A stretch of 63,386 nucleotides of DNA, counting the filler, from Octopus bimaculoides (Eukaryota), in the NCBI RefSeq assembly GCF_001194135.2. It is 5 parts of 4 records of this genome, joined end to end, with 100 filler letters (N's around TTAATTAATTAA, not from the genome) between each part and the next. Parts side by side here need not be neighbours in the genome. Positions count along the whole stretch, not along the records: positions 7,501 to 35,158 come from NC_068982.1; 4 more parts are not named here. One strand, written 5' to 3'. The notes beneath the pieces were generated by a model. The model saw only the letters and a program-made list of their open reading frames with translations. It made no database searches and was not told where the DNA came from. Shown here in pieces: positions 12,895 to 25,335 of the stretch. Position 1 is the first letter of the stretch. Each line of letters starts with the position of its first letter. A program made the position numbers and the translations under genes.

Positions 12895-12956
12895 CAGATA
12901 NNNNNNNNNNATAGACAGACAGATAGACAGACAGACAGACAAACAGACAGACAGGC

Positions 12957-13048
<92 letters not shown>
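12758..13048. repeat. (GATA)n/(GACA)n tetranucleotide array
   Basis: Seen directly. Confidence 0.95.
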
Positions 13049-13050
<2 letters not shown>

Positions 13051-13209
13051 AGTCAAACCAAACAGTGACATTTTGAAATCATTTAATACGTACATCTCAG
13101 GTTTGCGCAATATATAAATATGTAATAGGATATACAACCATTACGTAAATCTTCCCCAGTTACAACATTTCAAAATGAATGCGTGTGTGTGTTTATTCTA
13201 ATGTGTGAG

Positions 13210-14100
13210 TTTATTCAATACCATTTCTAGTAACACACAATACGCATCACCAAAACATTTTAACATCATCAAAACAAATTTGCAAATCATAAAACGAAGT
13301 GAAATATTAAAAAGCATTATAACTATTCAAACATCTTAAGTAAAAGTCAACTACATAACCTAAAGAAACTATTAACAAAGGCAAAATTCAACATTAATAA
13401 ATAGGATAAAACAGTCACAGTATCCAAGTGTAACGATAATAGATGTGGAACGTGCCAATACATGCCTACTGGTAGATCCATTAGAACAAAAAAATGGACA
13501 GATTTTTGCAAATGCGGATATGAACTGCAAAAGCAGAAATTTGATCTACTGCATTAAATGTCAGAATTGCGAAGAACTATATATAGGCGAGACAGGAAAC
13601 GCATTATCGGAACGCTCATTTGTCCACAGACAACAAATCCGGAACACTAATGTTCGCCAAATTCTATTGAGCGAACATATACAAAATAGGGTCATAAAAC
13701 GCTTCTATTTTTTCTTTTCCACAAACTACATGACACAAGTGAGGTTGGAAGAAAGATAAAAGAAAAACGGTTTATTAAAATGTTCAAACATGTTCTGAGC
13801 GGAAATAACAACAATAATATAACAACCAGTTAATGATGTGGATTTAAAAATAACTTTAACATATGAATATAAACAAATTACAGAATACCGGTACGCCCGG
13901 TAAACCGTGACGTTTAAGCTGCATGCAGATTGGTCAAAACCGTATTCCAAAAATTCAGCTTGTTGGAGCGTTCTAAGAGATACTACAGTTGTCAAGAATT
14001 CAACTGTCAGTTAAATTCATTTTGAAATCTGATGATTACTACGAACAGATGAAAGCGCTAATTGAACCTTATAAACGTTACAAATTTTCTTTTATGTTAA
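13210..14100 (+). mobile_element. 5'-truncated Penelope-like element (Neptune-like): linker, GIY-YIG endonuclease and 3' region
   Basis: IPFLVTHN...LKKLLTKAKF, linker KCNDNRCGTCQY, and NCKSRNLIYCIKCQNCEELYIGETG...H...SEH. Related to the element at 38552-40919. Confidence 0.88.
14021..14068 (+). ncRNA. Candidate minimal type I hammerhead ribozyme (degenerate)
   Basis: CTGATGA (14029-14035), weak stem II, GAAA (14051-14054), self-complementary AGCGCT, cleavage triplet CUA. Lies in the 3' region of a PLE. Confidence 0.45.
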
Positions 14101-14589
14101 AATACCATAATAATAAACGTGAAAACCAGACCATGTTTTAACTTCATTCAACTGATATATACACGTACACAGATGGTTGTGTAAGATGATGAGACATGGA
14201 GAGCTAAAGACAGTTAAATGAGATTAGTAGAAATATAAAAACAGACAAGCAATGAATATGCATGTATGTGTGTGTGTTTGTGTACGTGTAGGTAGGAAGT
14301 GAAGTAAGTGGAACGATAAACACAGAAGGTAAAAGTAGGAAACCGAGAATAAAGTACAAAGACTTCAATCAGAAAAGAGGAGGAGGAGGAGGAGGAGTAG
14401 AAGGAGGAGATAGTGAAAGAGCGAGAGAAAGAAAACGTTGAGAAGAAAGTAATTCAAAAATTGAAATCAGATACATGGTATAATAGAGGAAAGAAATTGA
14501 GATGCAGTGAAAGAAAGACGAAAAAAATAATAGAAGAGACAGCAGATGCTTCTTGAAGTCCTTTTTGAAGTTCTTCTTTTGTTTTTCCC

Positions 14590-15330
14590 TTTTTCTCTGC
14601 TTTCTTGTCTTCCTATCCAACCCCTTTAGCTCCTCCTCTATCCACTTCAGGATTCCAGCGCCATACCGAACTACTGCGACTGCGCGCGAGTTTCTGGCCG
14701 AAATTATGTCTCTGGTATTCAACTTTGAAGCCAATATTTTTCTTACTCGCCGCAGGTACTCTTTCTTTGTCTTTTCTTACATATCGTTGAGTTTAATTCC
14801 ATCTGCTTCAAGTATTTCCAGATATTTATAACCGGACCACGTTCAATTGCCTTCATCATTTCACCGCTTGGCATACACATACCTTCTGTACTGACAATTT
14901 TCCTCGTCTTATCACCATCGTAGCACATTTTAAGAGTCCAAACTCCATCATGATATAATTCGAGAAAATCTGCAGACTGGACTAGGCTGTCCAGTTCTGC
15001 CTCACGTTTTGTGAACAACTTCAAATCGTCCATGAATAGAAAGTGGTTCAGTTTTCCCTTACCGCTTCCCAGAACATACCCCAACTTTGTCTTCTGCAGT
15101 ATTTCACTCAATGGAATTATTCCCAGCACAAAGATCAGTGGGGATACACTATCCTCTGGAACATTTCTCTCTTGATTTTCACCTCTCCTAGTACCTGATT
15201 CCCTACTGTCATTTCAGTTCTCCAATATTTCATACTGTTCCATATAAGGCTTGTTACGTTTTCTGCCTCTCCATACACTTCCACGATTCTTGTTATCCAA
15301 GAGCGCGGTATCATATCGCATGCGCGGTAT
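14590..15330 (-). mobile_element. R4/Dong-like (REL-type) non-LTR retrotransposon, RT fragment
   Basis: DMIPRSWI, QEDSVSPLIFVLGIIPLS, LNHFLFMDDLKL and SKLNTRDII.A.NSRAVAVVRYGAGILKW..EEL..LDRKTRK across frameshifts. Confidence 0.85.
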
Positions 15331-17274
15331 CATATCGTATCATATCATTATCATTATTATTAAAACTAAGGCAGCGAACAGGCAGAATTGATAGCGCATC
15401 AGATATTGGTATTGTACGTGTAGGAGGGATGTATGTGTATGTATATATTTTTTAAGGCTTACAGTAAACTAAGTACAATATATTTAAATGTTTAATGTTA
15501 AAAATAGAAACCTAAGTATTTAAAGCTATCTACTTATCTTTGCTGGAAAAACTAATAACATTTAAAATTAAATAAGTTTTTAAGGTTTACAAATTTTATT
15601 GTAGAATTGTTTCTTTTCGTTCGTTGTTTGCAATCAATCTTATAAAAGGAAAGTGATGAAAATACAAAGAAANNNNNNNNNNNNNNNNNNNNNNNNNNNN
15701 NNNNNNNNNNNNNNNNNNNNNNNNNNNNNNNNNNNNNNNNNNNNNNNNNNNNNNNNNNNNNNNNNNNNNNNNNNNNNNNNNNNNNNNNNNNNNNNNNNNN
15801 NNNNNNNNNNNNNNNNNNNNNNNNNNNNNNNNNNNNNNNNNNNNNNNNNNNNNNNNNNNNNNNNNNNNNNNNNNNNNNNNNNNNNNNNNNNNNNNNNNNN
15901 NNNNNNNNNNNNNNNNNNNNNNNNNNNNNNNNNNNNNNNNNNNNNNNNNNNNNNNNNNNNNNNNNNNNNNNNNNNNNNNNNNNNNNNNNNNNNNNNNNNN
16001 NNNNNNNNNNNNNNNNNNNNNNNNNNNNNNNNNNNNNNNNNNNNNNNNNNNNNNNNNNNNNNNNNNNNNNNNNNNNNNNNNNNNNNCAGAAAAATTATAA
16101 AATCCACTTTATGCTGTATTCTTTAAAAACAAAAGAAAAGAGATGAAGCGATAAAAATCCTCAAGTAAAAATAGTCTCACTTTTATTTTATTAACAAAAT
16201 CATTTTTTTTTTTAATTTTACTTGAAAAATATTCAATGTACGTATATGTTATTACTAAATATTATCGCATTTAGTAAAAACTTAATGCTAAGATAGTATC
16301 CGTTTTAAAATAAATATTTTTCAAAAGTTTTTATTTACAGGCAATTTTATGGCAAACATTTTTTTTTTAAATATACATCATTCTTTGTTACTAATAGGTT
16401 GGCGCTTACCTTCTTTTGTCTGTGTAACTATTATGAAAAATTATGCTCTATGAATATTATAGTTGTGCTAGGAAAATTTTTTATTTTGTTTCAAAAATGT
16501 TCAAGAGAACTCGTATAAGCAATAACCACAAATATCATACTGGTAAAACACAAATAGAATCCGTGTGTGCGTATGAGAGCATGTATGCGCGTGTAATGTA
16601 TATATGTGTATGTGGGGGTGTGCATGTACGTGTATAAGTGTATGTGCATTTATGTATGTGTCTAAACTAGTTTGATCGATGCTAGAAGTAGAGTTCCATA
16701 TTATATTATTAAGAACTGAAATATCAAAAATCGTTACTCGAGCTTACCTTGTGAGTGAATTTGGTAGGCAGTGTGGAATCCCGTCGTAAATATGAGTTAG
16801 TGAATGTATACATACATACACACATACACTTACACACATATACATATTTGTCTATATGTATATATATATGTGTGTGTACGTGCGTGTATATATATGTATG
16901 TATATATAGATGTGTGTGTGTGTGTGTATGGAGGGATGGATGGATGTGTGTGTATGTGTGCGTGTATGTGTGTAAACGAATGGCAAGAAAACGGAAGTTC
17001 CGTAATCACTTTCATTAGCTTACAACTGTTATCGGCCATAGGTAATTGTGCACCGAAATCATTAAATGTGTGCACATGCATATATATGTATGTACGTATG
17101 TATGTATGTATGTATGTATGTATGTATGTATGCACACTCACACATACAAACATGCATACGCGCGCGCGCACATACAGACATACATACACACATTATATAT
17201 AAACATATATTATATGTTTGTATATATTATATATATATAAATATAGTGTGTGTGCATGTGTTGTGTGTGTGTGT

Positions 17275-17345
<71 letters not shown>

Positions 17346-17754
17346 TGTGTGTGTGTGTGTGTGTGTTTGTGTGTGTGTGTAAATATATACGTATATAATT
17401 AATAATCTGATGATCATTTACAGTGAGAATAAAACCTGTATTATATTTCGAATCAAATCCAAAGTGAATAATTTCTACATTATGATTCGCAAAACTGATT
17501 TCACGTTTTTAGCAAAATGTGTTCTTTATCCAACATTCTTGTGTTCATGATTCGTTGATTTGTATCCTAGGGTTTTAGCAGCAGATGTAAGTTCTTGTTT
17601 CAGTAGCTTTTTTTCTAATGTTTTAAAAATGTATTATTTGTTATATTTCATAAATACAAGGATCTGAAATATTCCTCTGTAGAAGCATCAATTAGTTTTT
17701 TCGAGTAATGTTTGCTTATAATTGTTTCAGCGTGTTTGAAAAGTATTTTCAACT

Positions 17755-17835
17755 TAGTTTTGCAAACTGTCCTTTCATTTTACAATGTAAACATCGTGTA
17801 CCAACAACAAGAGCAGGACATTTTCTACGACCATT
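17755..17835 (-). mobile_element. Possible Gypsy gag zinc-knuckle remnant
   Basis: GRRKCPALVVGTRCLHCKMKGQFAK resembles CPA.G..C..C.K.GHFA. Short, with no recognised flanking ORF. Confidence 0.3.
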
Positions 17836-18784
17836 TAAGGTTCTTATTCCACATCAAAAAAATTAGTTTTAACCCAAATTAACATTGATTTCACAACAGC
17901 CACAACACAAGGGTTATTACTATTCTTAATAAAACTAATGGTGGAATCTTCCATCTGGACTGTGGAAATGGCATCCAGCAACGTGAAGGTTTTCTCAGAT
18001 ATATGAGACAAGTTATTGCACACTGCTTTTCAATCGTTGTTCCTGTTAAATCCGTGATAAGAATCATCTCTAAGGGTGCAAATGATACAAAAAAATTTTT
18101 GCAATATTTTCATATTTGTCTCTCAGAAAACTAAGAAATTCATTAACAATGTCCAAGTTTTTGTTTCAGCGAATATAATCACATTCGTCTGCAGAATATA
18201 TTTTGGCTGCTAACAATTCTAGATGCAATAATATATTTATTTATATGTCTATTTATGTATTTATTTATTTATTGTCATTCAATTGTGTGTAATGTCATTT
18301 TCAGTCTCCACTTTCATAATTTCTTTCAGGCCATTCTATTAACATTATAGGAACCAGCTGCCGGTATCTTCCAGACTTTATAGAAATAAATCCATTTTAT
18401 TGCTGCCGTCTGGCTTCAGAAGTCTAAACTATCTCTCAAACTGGATAATAAATTTATCAGAGGACTCTGTTTAAACGAATTATCTTTCAACATAGGTGAG
18501 TTTGATTCTTATTGATGACATAGACGATTCTTCTAACTTCTGACGTGTGAAAATTGTTGTAATCCGTAATTTCAACATCAAACCATAGACGAATTTCACA
18601 CTTCAGAAATTGTCGATTAACCAAGCTGTTTCAGCTACTTTTATAATAAATTGGGAATTGTTCAACTGCAGAAGCATGGGATTCCCGTTATCTCACATAA
18701 TTCCATTGTTTGAAATCAACACAAGACAATTATAGAATATCCAATACTTTAATGCAAAATTTGGGAAATGTCTTAAATATTTTC

Positions 18785-18935
18785 ACTGTGGTTAAAAAGC
18801 TCGCTTTACAACCACATGGTTTGGTGTTCAGTCCCACTGCATGACATCTTGGACAAGTGTCTTCTACTACAGCCCCGGGCCTACCAATGTCTTGTGAGCG
18901 AATTTGGTAGGCAAAAACTGTGTAGAAACTTTCTT
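18785..18935 (+). mobile_element. tRNA-derived CORE-like SINE
   Basis: Head GTGGTTAAAAAG...GTTCAGTCCC, core-like TTGGACAAGTGTCTTCTAC, and the family 3' end. Confidence 0.8.
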
Positions 18936-19799
18936 ACGTGTGAGCATGCGTGTGTATGCATGCGTGTGTGTGTGTTGTGTGTGTGCATGCGTGTGTGTGC
19001 ATGCATATATGTGTGCGTGCATGCGTGTGTGTGTGTATGTGTGCGTTGTGTGTATGTGTGTGCATGCGTGTGTGCGTGTGTGTGTGTGCGCGTTGTGTGT
19101 NNNNNNNNNNNNNNNNNNNNNNNNNNNNNNNNNNNNNNNNNNNNNNNNNNNNNNNNNNNNNNNNNNNNNNNNNNNNNNNNNNNNNNNNNNNNNNNNNNNN
19201 NNNNNNNNNNNNNNNNNNNNNNNNNNNNNNNNNNNNNNNNNNNNNNNNNNNNNNNNNNNNNNNNNNNNNNNNNNNNNNNNNNNNNNNNNNNNNNNNNNNN
19301 NNNNNNNNNNNNNNNNNNNNNNNNNNNNNNNNNNNNNNNNNNNNNNNNNNNNNNNNNNNNNNNNNNNNNNNNNNNNNNNNNNNNNNNNNNNNNNNNNNNN
19401 NNNNNNNNNNNNNNNNNNNNNNNNNNNNNNNNNNNNNNNNNNNNNNNNNNNNNNNNNNNNNNNNNNNNNNNNNNNNNNNNNNNNNNNNNNNNNNNNNNNN
19501 NNNNNNNNNNNNNNNNNNNNNNNNNNNNNNNNNNNNNNNNNNNNNNNNNNNNNNNNNNNNNNNNNNNNNNNNNNNNNNNNNNNNNNNNNNNNNNNNNNNN
19601 NNNNNNNNNNNNNNNNNNNNNNNNNNNNNNNNNNNNNNNNNNNNNNNNNNNNNNNNNNNNNNNNNNNNNNNNNNNNNNNNNNNNNNNNNNNNNNNNNNNN
19701 NNNNNNNNNNNNNNNNNNNNNNNNNNNNNNNNNNNNNNNNNNNNNNNNNNNNNNNNNNNNNNNNNNNNNNNNNNNATATATATATATATATTATCAAAA

Positions 19800-21910
19800 G
19801 GATGTGTTATAATACTATTCCACATATACAAAACAGCCATACCAACATACCTCCATCATCAGCTGCCTCACGAATATCATTTTAGTTTCGCCACCTAGGC
19901 AGCTAGGCAGTACCATTCAATCTGGCGGTGTCAACAGCACTAAAATAAGTGTTGTTTGAGAACAAATATACCAAAGAAACCACGACTTTCAAACGCAGTT
20001 ACTCTATGTACTACCGTACCAGTAAATAAATTCGATAAGTAAATTACAACAAACTCCCAAATACGTAACTAAATAGCAACAATCCATTAAGTCATACAAA
20101 AAGTAATTCCCTACCGTCTTTCATAGTATAATATAAGGTGAAAGCTTAATAACTACATTCATTCAATCAATCAAATTATAGGCAGGATTAAACACCAACT
20201 TTAATAAAGCTACAACAAAGAAACACATGAACCAATGTACATCGTATCGGTATTAATAATAACCTGCAATAACTAAATTATATGCTGAATCGCGACCAAT
20301 CTTTAAGTCCATACAAATAATAATCTCACTAGTCTTCCATAGTTACTACTATGATAAAAATAAAAAGTTAAAGCTTTATATAAATCTCTCCAAAACAAAG
20401 CAAACACGATTGAATTTAATTTAATGAATAATATAATTATGAGTGAAATACATTATTTCATCATTCTAAAGTTAATAATTAAACACATACTCATTAATAT
20501 ATCACCACCACAAGCTAATATTAAATTACCAGTAACTAATAGAAACATTAAATTTTATTAAATAGGAACTAATAAAAGTACTTGTAATTAACTATTACTA
20601 TAAAACCTTGCTATGTTTAAAGCTTATTAAAACTGTTTAAAAGATCATAAAACTATCAGTATTAACACTTACATCAGACATGCGGTTCCATCACCAAGAA
20701 TTTAAAAAGACTATCTTAACTATTAATGACGTAGTGCGTAATTACTACTTCCTCAATTGTCTCAAACAATATTGGTGACGTAATAAGCAAATAACTCGAA
20801 TCGTAAACATTCCAAATCTTTACAAATATTTGCTAAATTGAAGACTAGATATTACCCCATATCTATTTAAAATTTCGAGTTTCCAATCTAAACAGCGATT
20901 AAAAGTTTTAACCAATTTACCATATTTATACCCTTGTTTTACTAAATGTCTCAGCAGTTTATTCTTTCCAAAAAATTATTAGCATTATTAATAACAGTAC
21001 TATATCTAACAATTTTCCCTACAAAAACACCATAATTCTACTACTGAACCATGGCATTGAAACCACTTGGAAACCAAAATCTTCTGTTTTATTATAAATG
21101 TCAGTACATATTTCATTATTATCCTTAATTACTAAATTGACATCTAAATAATTAATATTTCTTATATTGTTACCATTTCTGGTGGCTACAAGCTCACTAA
21201 GGTATATTTTTCTGAGTAAAAGTTCAAAGAAACCATAATTAGGTATGAATATATCATCTATGTATCTGTAGCCCCCATCAAGTTGTTTAAGTAAACCCAT
21301 CTTTTTCTTTGCACATAGGTCTTTAAGAAAAAGGAACTCACACGAAAAAATATAAAGGCTCGCCAATAGCGGGCTACAATTGCCACCCATTGGAATTCCC
21401 CTAACCTGCTCAAACACCCTACCCGCAAACATTGCAAACGAATTATCAGTAATAAAACTAACCATTTCTTTTATCTTTCTTTACCATTCTTTAAAGATAT
21501 GCATTTATATCCTTTATTAAAAATAATATCTAATATTCTAAAAATACCATCTTCTACACATTTAAGATTTAAGTTTGTATATAGTGTGGAAAAATCATAC
21601 ACATACATATTCTTAACTTTCTTACATATGATCAGTCTATCCAGAAATTCCTTAGTTGATCTAACACTCCATAAATAACTAATTCCTGAGCTGTTATAAA
21701 TTTTATCACAATATTTTTAAAATATGCTCTAACAACTTTTGAAGCATCATTAATCAATATAGATAGCTATTTATATGTACAAGTACTAGCTCCTGCTATG
21801 AATCTACTTTTAAAAAGAACCTTATGTAGTTTAGGAATTCCAAAAAGTTTAGGAATATTTTTATCCTTTTATCCTTTTCTTCCACTTCTAAACCATTCAA
21901 TCTAATCCCA
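19800..21910 (-). mobile_element. 5'-truncated Penelope-like element, Naiad-type RT with no downstream endonuclease
   Basis: IPKLHK..KSRFIAGASTCT, YCDKIYNSSGISYLWSV, YDFSTLYTNL, QVRGIPMGGNCSPLLASLY, YRYIDD, YLD, DIYNKTEDFGFQVVSMP and GVFVG.IVRY...VKQGYKYGKL. The RT ends near 20860 with no GIY-YIG after it. The 3' boundary is approximate. Confidence 0.8.
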
Positions 21911-21919
21911 TTAGACCGT

Positions 21920-23165
21920 AAAATGTAAGGCTGAAAGGAAGATGGCTTATAGTCTTTGGTACAGTTATTTAATCAGGAGAAGGACGCACTTTCCAATTCG
22001 TCAATAGGAACTTGGCCATATGCTTACAACCGCTGAAAATTTCGGATCATGAATTCAGCAGTGGATTAGAGTTCTTAGATCTAAAAAAGGGTCTGAGTTC
22101 TTTCAGCTACGCATAGCTCATATTTTTTGATCCGTTAACATATGGTGAGGATTTTTCAAATATTTTCCACCTTATTGCACGTGGTGTGGCGTTCGATTTC
22201 AAACCTCATAAGTGGCTATCCAACTAAGTAGCTTTACTTTTGTCTCTGTGTCATGAGCATGGCGATTTTTCAGTTCTCCTGTTCATAGTCCGATATAGCT
22301 CTTCTTATCGGTTGTGTTATTATCTAGCGTTGCTGTAACTTCTGCCCCATATATGTCGGTTTAATCATACATCACTAGCCGAATGGACAGACTTCTGAGT
22401 CTCGACAGATACAACTTGGAGTGGGATTTTGCTGAGGCAGCAGCTATATGATAATTTCACTGAGTGCCTGTTGAATATTTTTCTGTACTTGTGATCTTTT
22501 ACTTATGTTAGTCTTACTTAAGGGAAAGGGAGGAGCGAACCAAATTATTCCCCTACGTCTATTTTTTTTTTTGGGGGGGGGGGTCTATTATTATTCCGAT
22601 TAATATCAGAGGGGTTATATATAAATTTATCCTTAAAGCCACTATTTGCTAGGGCTGCCTTCTCGAAAATTTCTTTATAGAAAAAGGGGTTAGAAACTCT
22701 GCTACTAACGTTAGCTATCAGGTCTTTAGATACTATAGTGGTGTGACAAGACTGTTTATGAATATAGGAAACTTTCTCGTTGAGTTTAAAGTAAGGCTAA
22801 TAAGAGGAGTTCAGGTTTAGGGGAACAACTAAAAAATCAACCTTAGACAAATTATTAGCGACTGTGATTTTAAAACCTAATTGACTGAAAGTAGTTCTTC
22901 CCTAAATTTATCTAGGGTGTGACCAACAAAGTTATGAGAAATACCCAATCCGTCGTCTCGGTATAGACCAACGTCATGAGATGGGTACTTAGATCTCAAT
23001 ATGTTTAATACAAGAGGACCCACAAGATCGCACACGTCAGCGCTATCGTACGACCCCATTTAAACATCGAACTATTCATCATTATCCGACTTTTTACCCA
23101 TACTGAGCCCTAACTAAACAGTAACGTTTTCCTCGAATGCCTGATAAATTCCAGGTCTATGGTAT
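21920..23165 (-). mobile_element. 5'-truncated, internally deleted Penelope-like element (Hydra-like): RT to C-terminal GIY-YIG
   Basis: RKTLLF...W, MGSYDSADVCDLVG, GLYRDDGL, HKYRKIFNRHSVKLSYSC, CICRDSEVCP, IYGA.V...SYIGL, IRWKI, ELCVAE and LNS.SEIFSGCKH. Confidence 0.85.
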
Positions 23166-23187
23166 AAATACGTATATTGTCTTTATT

Positions 23188-23192
23188 AAATA

Positions 23193-23278
<86 letters not shown>

Positions 23279-23450
23279 ACACATATATATGTATATATAT
23301 ACATATATATAAGTATACATATATATACATATATGTATATATATATATGTATAAATATATATATGTATATATATATATATACATATATATACAGATATAA
23401 ATACATATACATACATGTATATGTATATATATGTGTGTATCTAAATATTT
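23188..23450. repeat. (TA)n/(TATG)n degenerate microsatellite
   Basis: Seen directly. Abuts the PLE 5' end. Confidence 0.9.
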
Positions 23451-24058
23451 AAATATATACGCACGTACACACATTTTATGTAAATATAAATATGTACATA
23501 TATATATATACATACATTTTATATGTAGATATATATGCATATTCATGCATGAATGTATTTAAGCGCATATGAGTGCGCTTCCAGTTTTATTTTTCGAATT
23601 TTCTCATATATCTATGAGTGTATATAACAATAAATAACAAGAAATTTAAGGAATACAGGTACAAAAAGTATATACCTTAAAGGGAACCCCACGATTGGTC
23701 AGTTATTGATGCTTAATTACTCTGGTGTTACATATTTCAGCGTTCAGTGTATTATTTTTTCACTGAGAATTTCGTTTCAGCAAATGTAGAGAAACATTTA
23801 TTTGAATTCTTGTTTCCACTTTTGAATTAATTCTTTACAAACAAACGTTCTTTAGATATGTTACTAGGAAATAAAATATACATAAAGAAGCAGTTATAAC
23901 ATTTTTGACTGTTTATTCGATGCAGTGCCAGTAAATAATATTGAATTTTCTAAATAAAAATGTTTATTGCTTTCAAAAATATAATTAAATAAATAATAAA
24001 TGGTAAAGTTGGTTCTTAAGTTTAACATACTTTGAAGTCGAAGAGAAAGCGATTACCA

Positions 24059-24264
<206 letters not shown>

Positions 24265-24631
24265 GTTTTAGTTTTGCTTTAATTTATACAAGCTGTACCC
24301 GAGTGTCAATCAGATCTACAACTACTACTACTTCCCTACTACAGATTCTGCTGCTGCTACTACTAATACTACTATTGTTGTTGTGCAATAAAAATAATAC
24401 TACAGTGACTACTATTAAGATTTGAACTACATATTACTATTCTAGTATTTTCTATATGTTTCTATTCTAATATATTAGTGTTCTTATATTGTCGAGTTGA
24501 TGTTAATTTAGTTATTTGAGTTTGTTTCTCATAAAATACAGTAGCAGCGAAGATAGTTCCAGAAAGTATTAGATAACTCTGTTCGAATATGTATGCGCAT
24601 GGGTGTGTGTGTGTGTGCGTGTGTAATACAT

Positions 24632-24675
<44 letters not shown>

Positions 24676-24686
24676 GTGTTTGTGTG

Positions 24687-24763
<77 letters not shown>

Positions 24764-24842
24764 ATGTATTATGTATGTTTGTATGTATGTATGTATGCAT
24801 GTATGTATGTATGTATGTATGTATGTATGTATGTATGTATGT

Positions 24843-24886
<44 letters not shown>

Positions 24887-25149
24887 GTATGAATGTATGA
24901 ATGTATGAATATATCTATAAACATCGATACGAAAAATATGGCTTCTCTATAAATCAAAACCTGACAAGACGGCTGTTAATTGCATGTGTTAACATCAGTA
25001 TATTTATTTATTTGCTGTATCCAAAAACATTTTTTTAAACTTAATCTAGTAATTATAGAATAGCTAGGTTCATTCGTGTATGTCCTTTCTATTTATTAAC
25101 TTTTATTATTAACACTTTTTAAAAATCAATGAACACTGTTTTCAATCTG

Positions 25150-25335
25150 GGCACTTTGCCAGGAATTTTGAGGGGTTGTGGTTGATCGATACCATCGATC
25201 CCACAGCTTGATTGATACTTCATTCCACTGATTCCAGAAGAATGGAAGGTAAAGTTGGTCTTGTCGGGATTTGAACTCAACATGTAAAGACGCTGGAGAA
25301 ATACCACAACGCAATTTTTCCGTCGCTCTAGCGAT
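25150..25335 (-). mobile_element. SINE (Meta-like family, decayed)
   Basis: GGATTTGAACTCAAC and flanks match the family. Confidence 0.65.

Noticed and set aside
19800-21910. Selenoprotein (UGA/SECIS) Naiad, as known from spiders and clams
   Set aside because: The stops I saw in the RT frame are not UGA at Cys-like positions, and no SECIS could be identified by eye.
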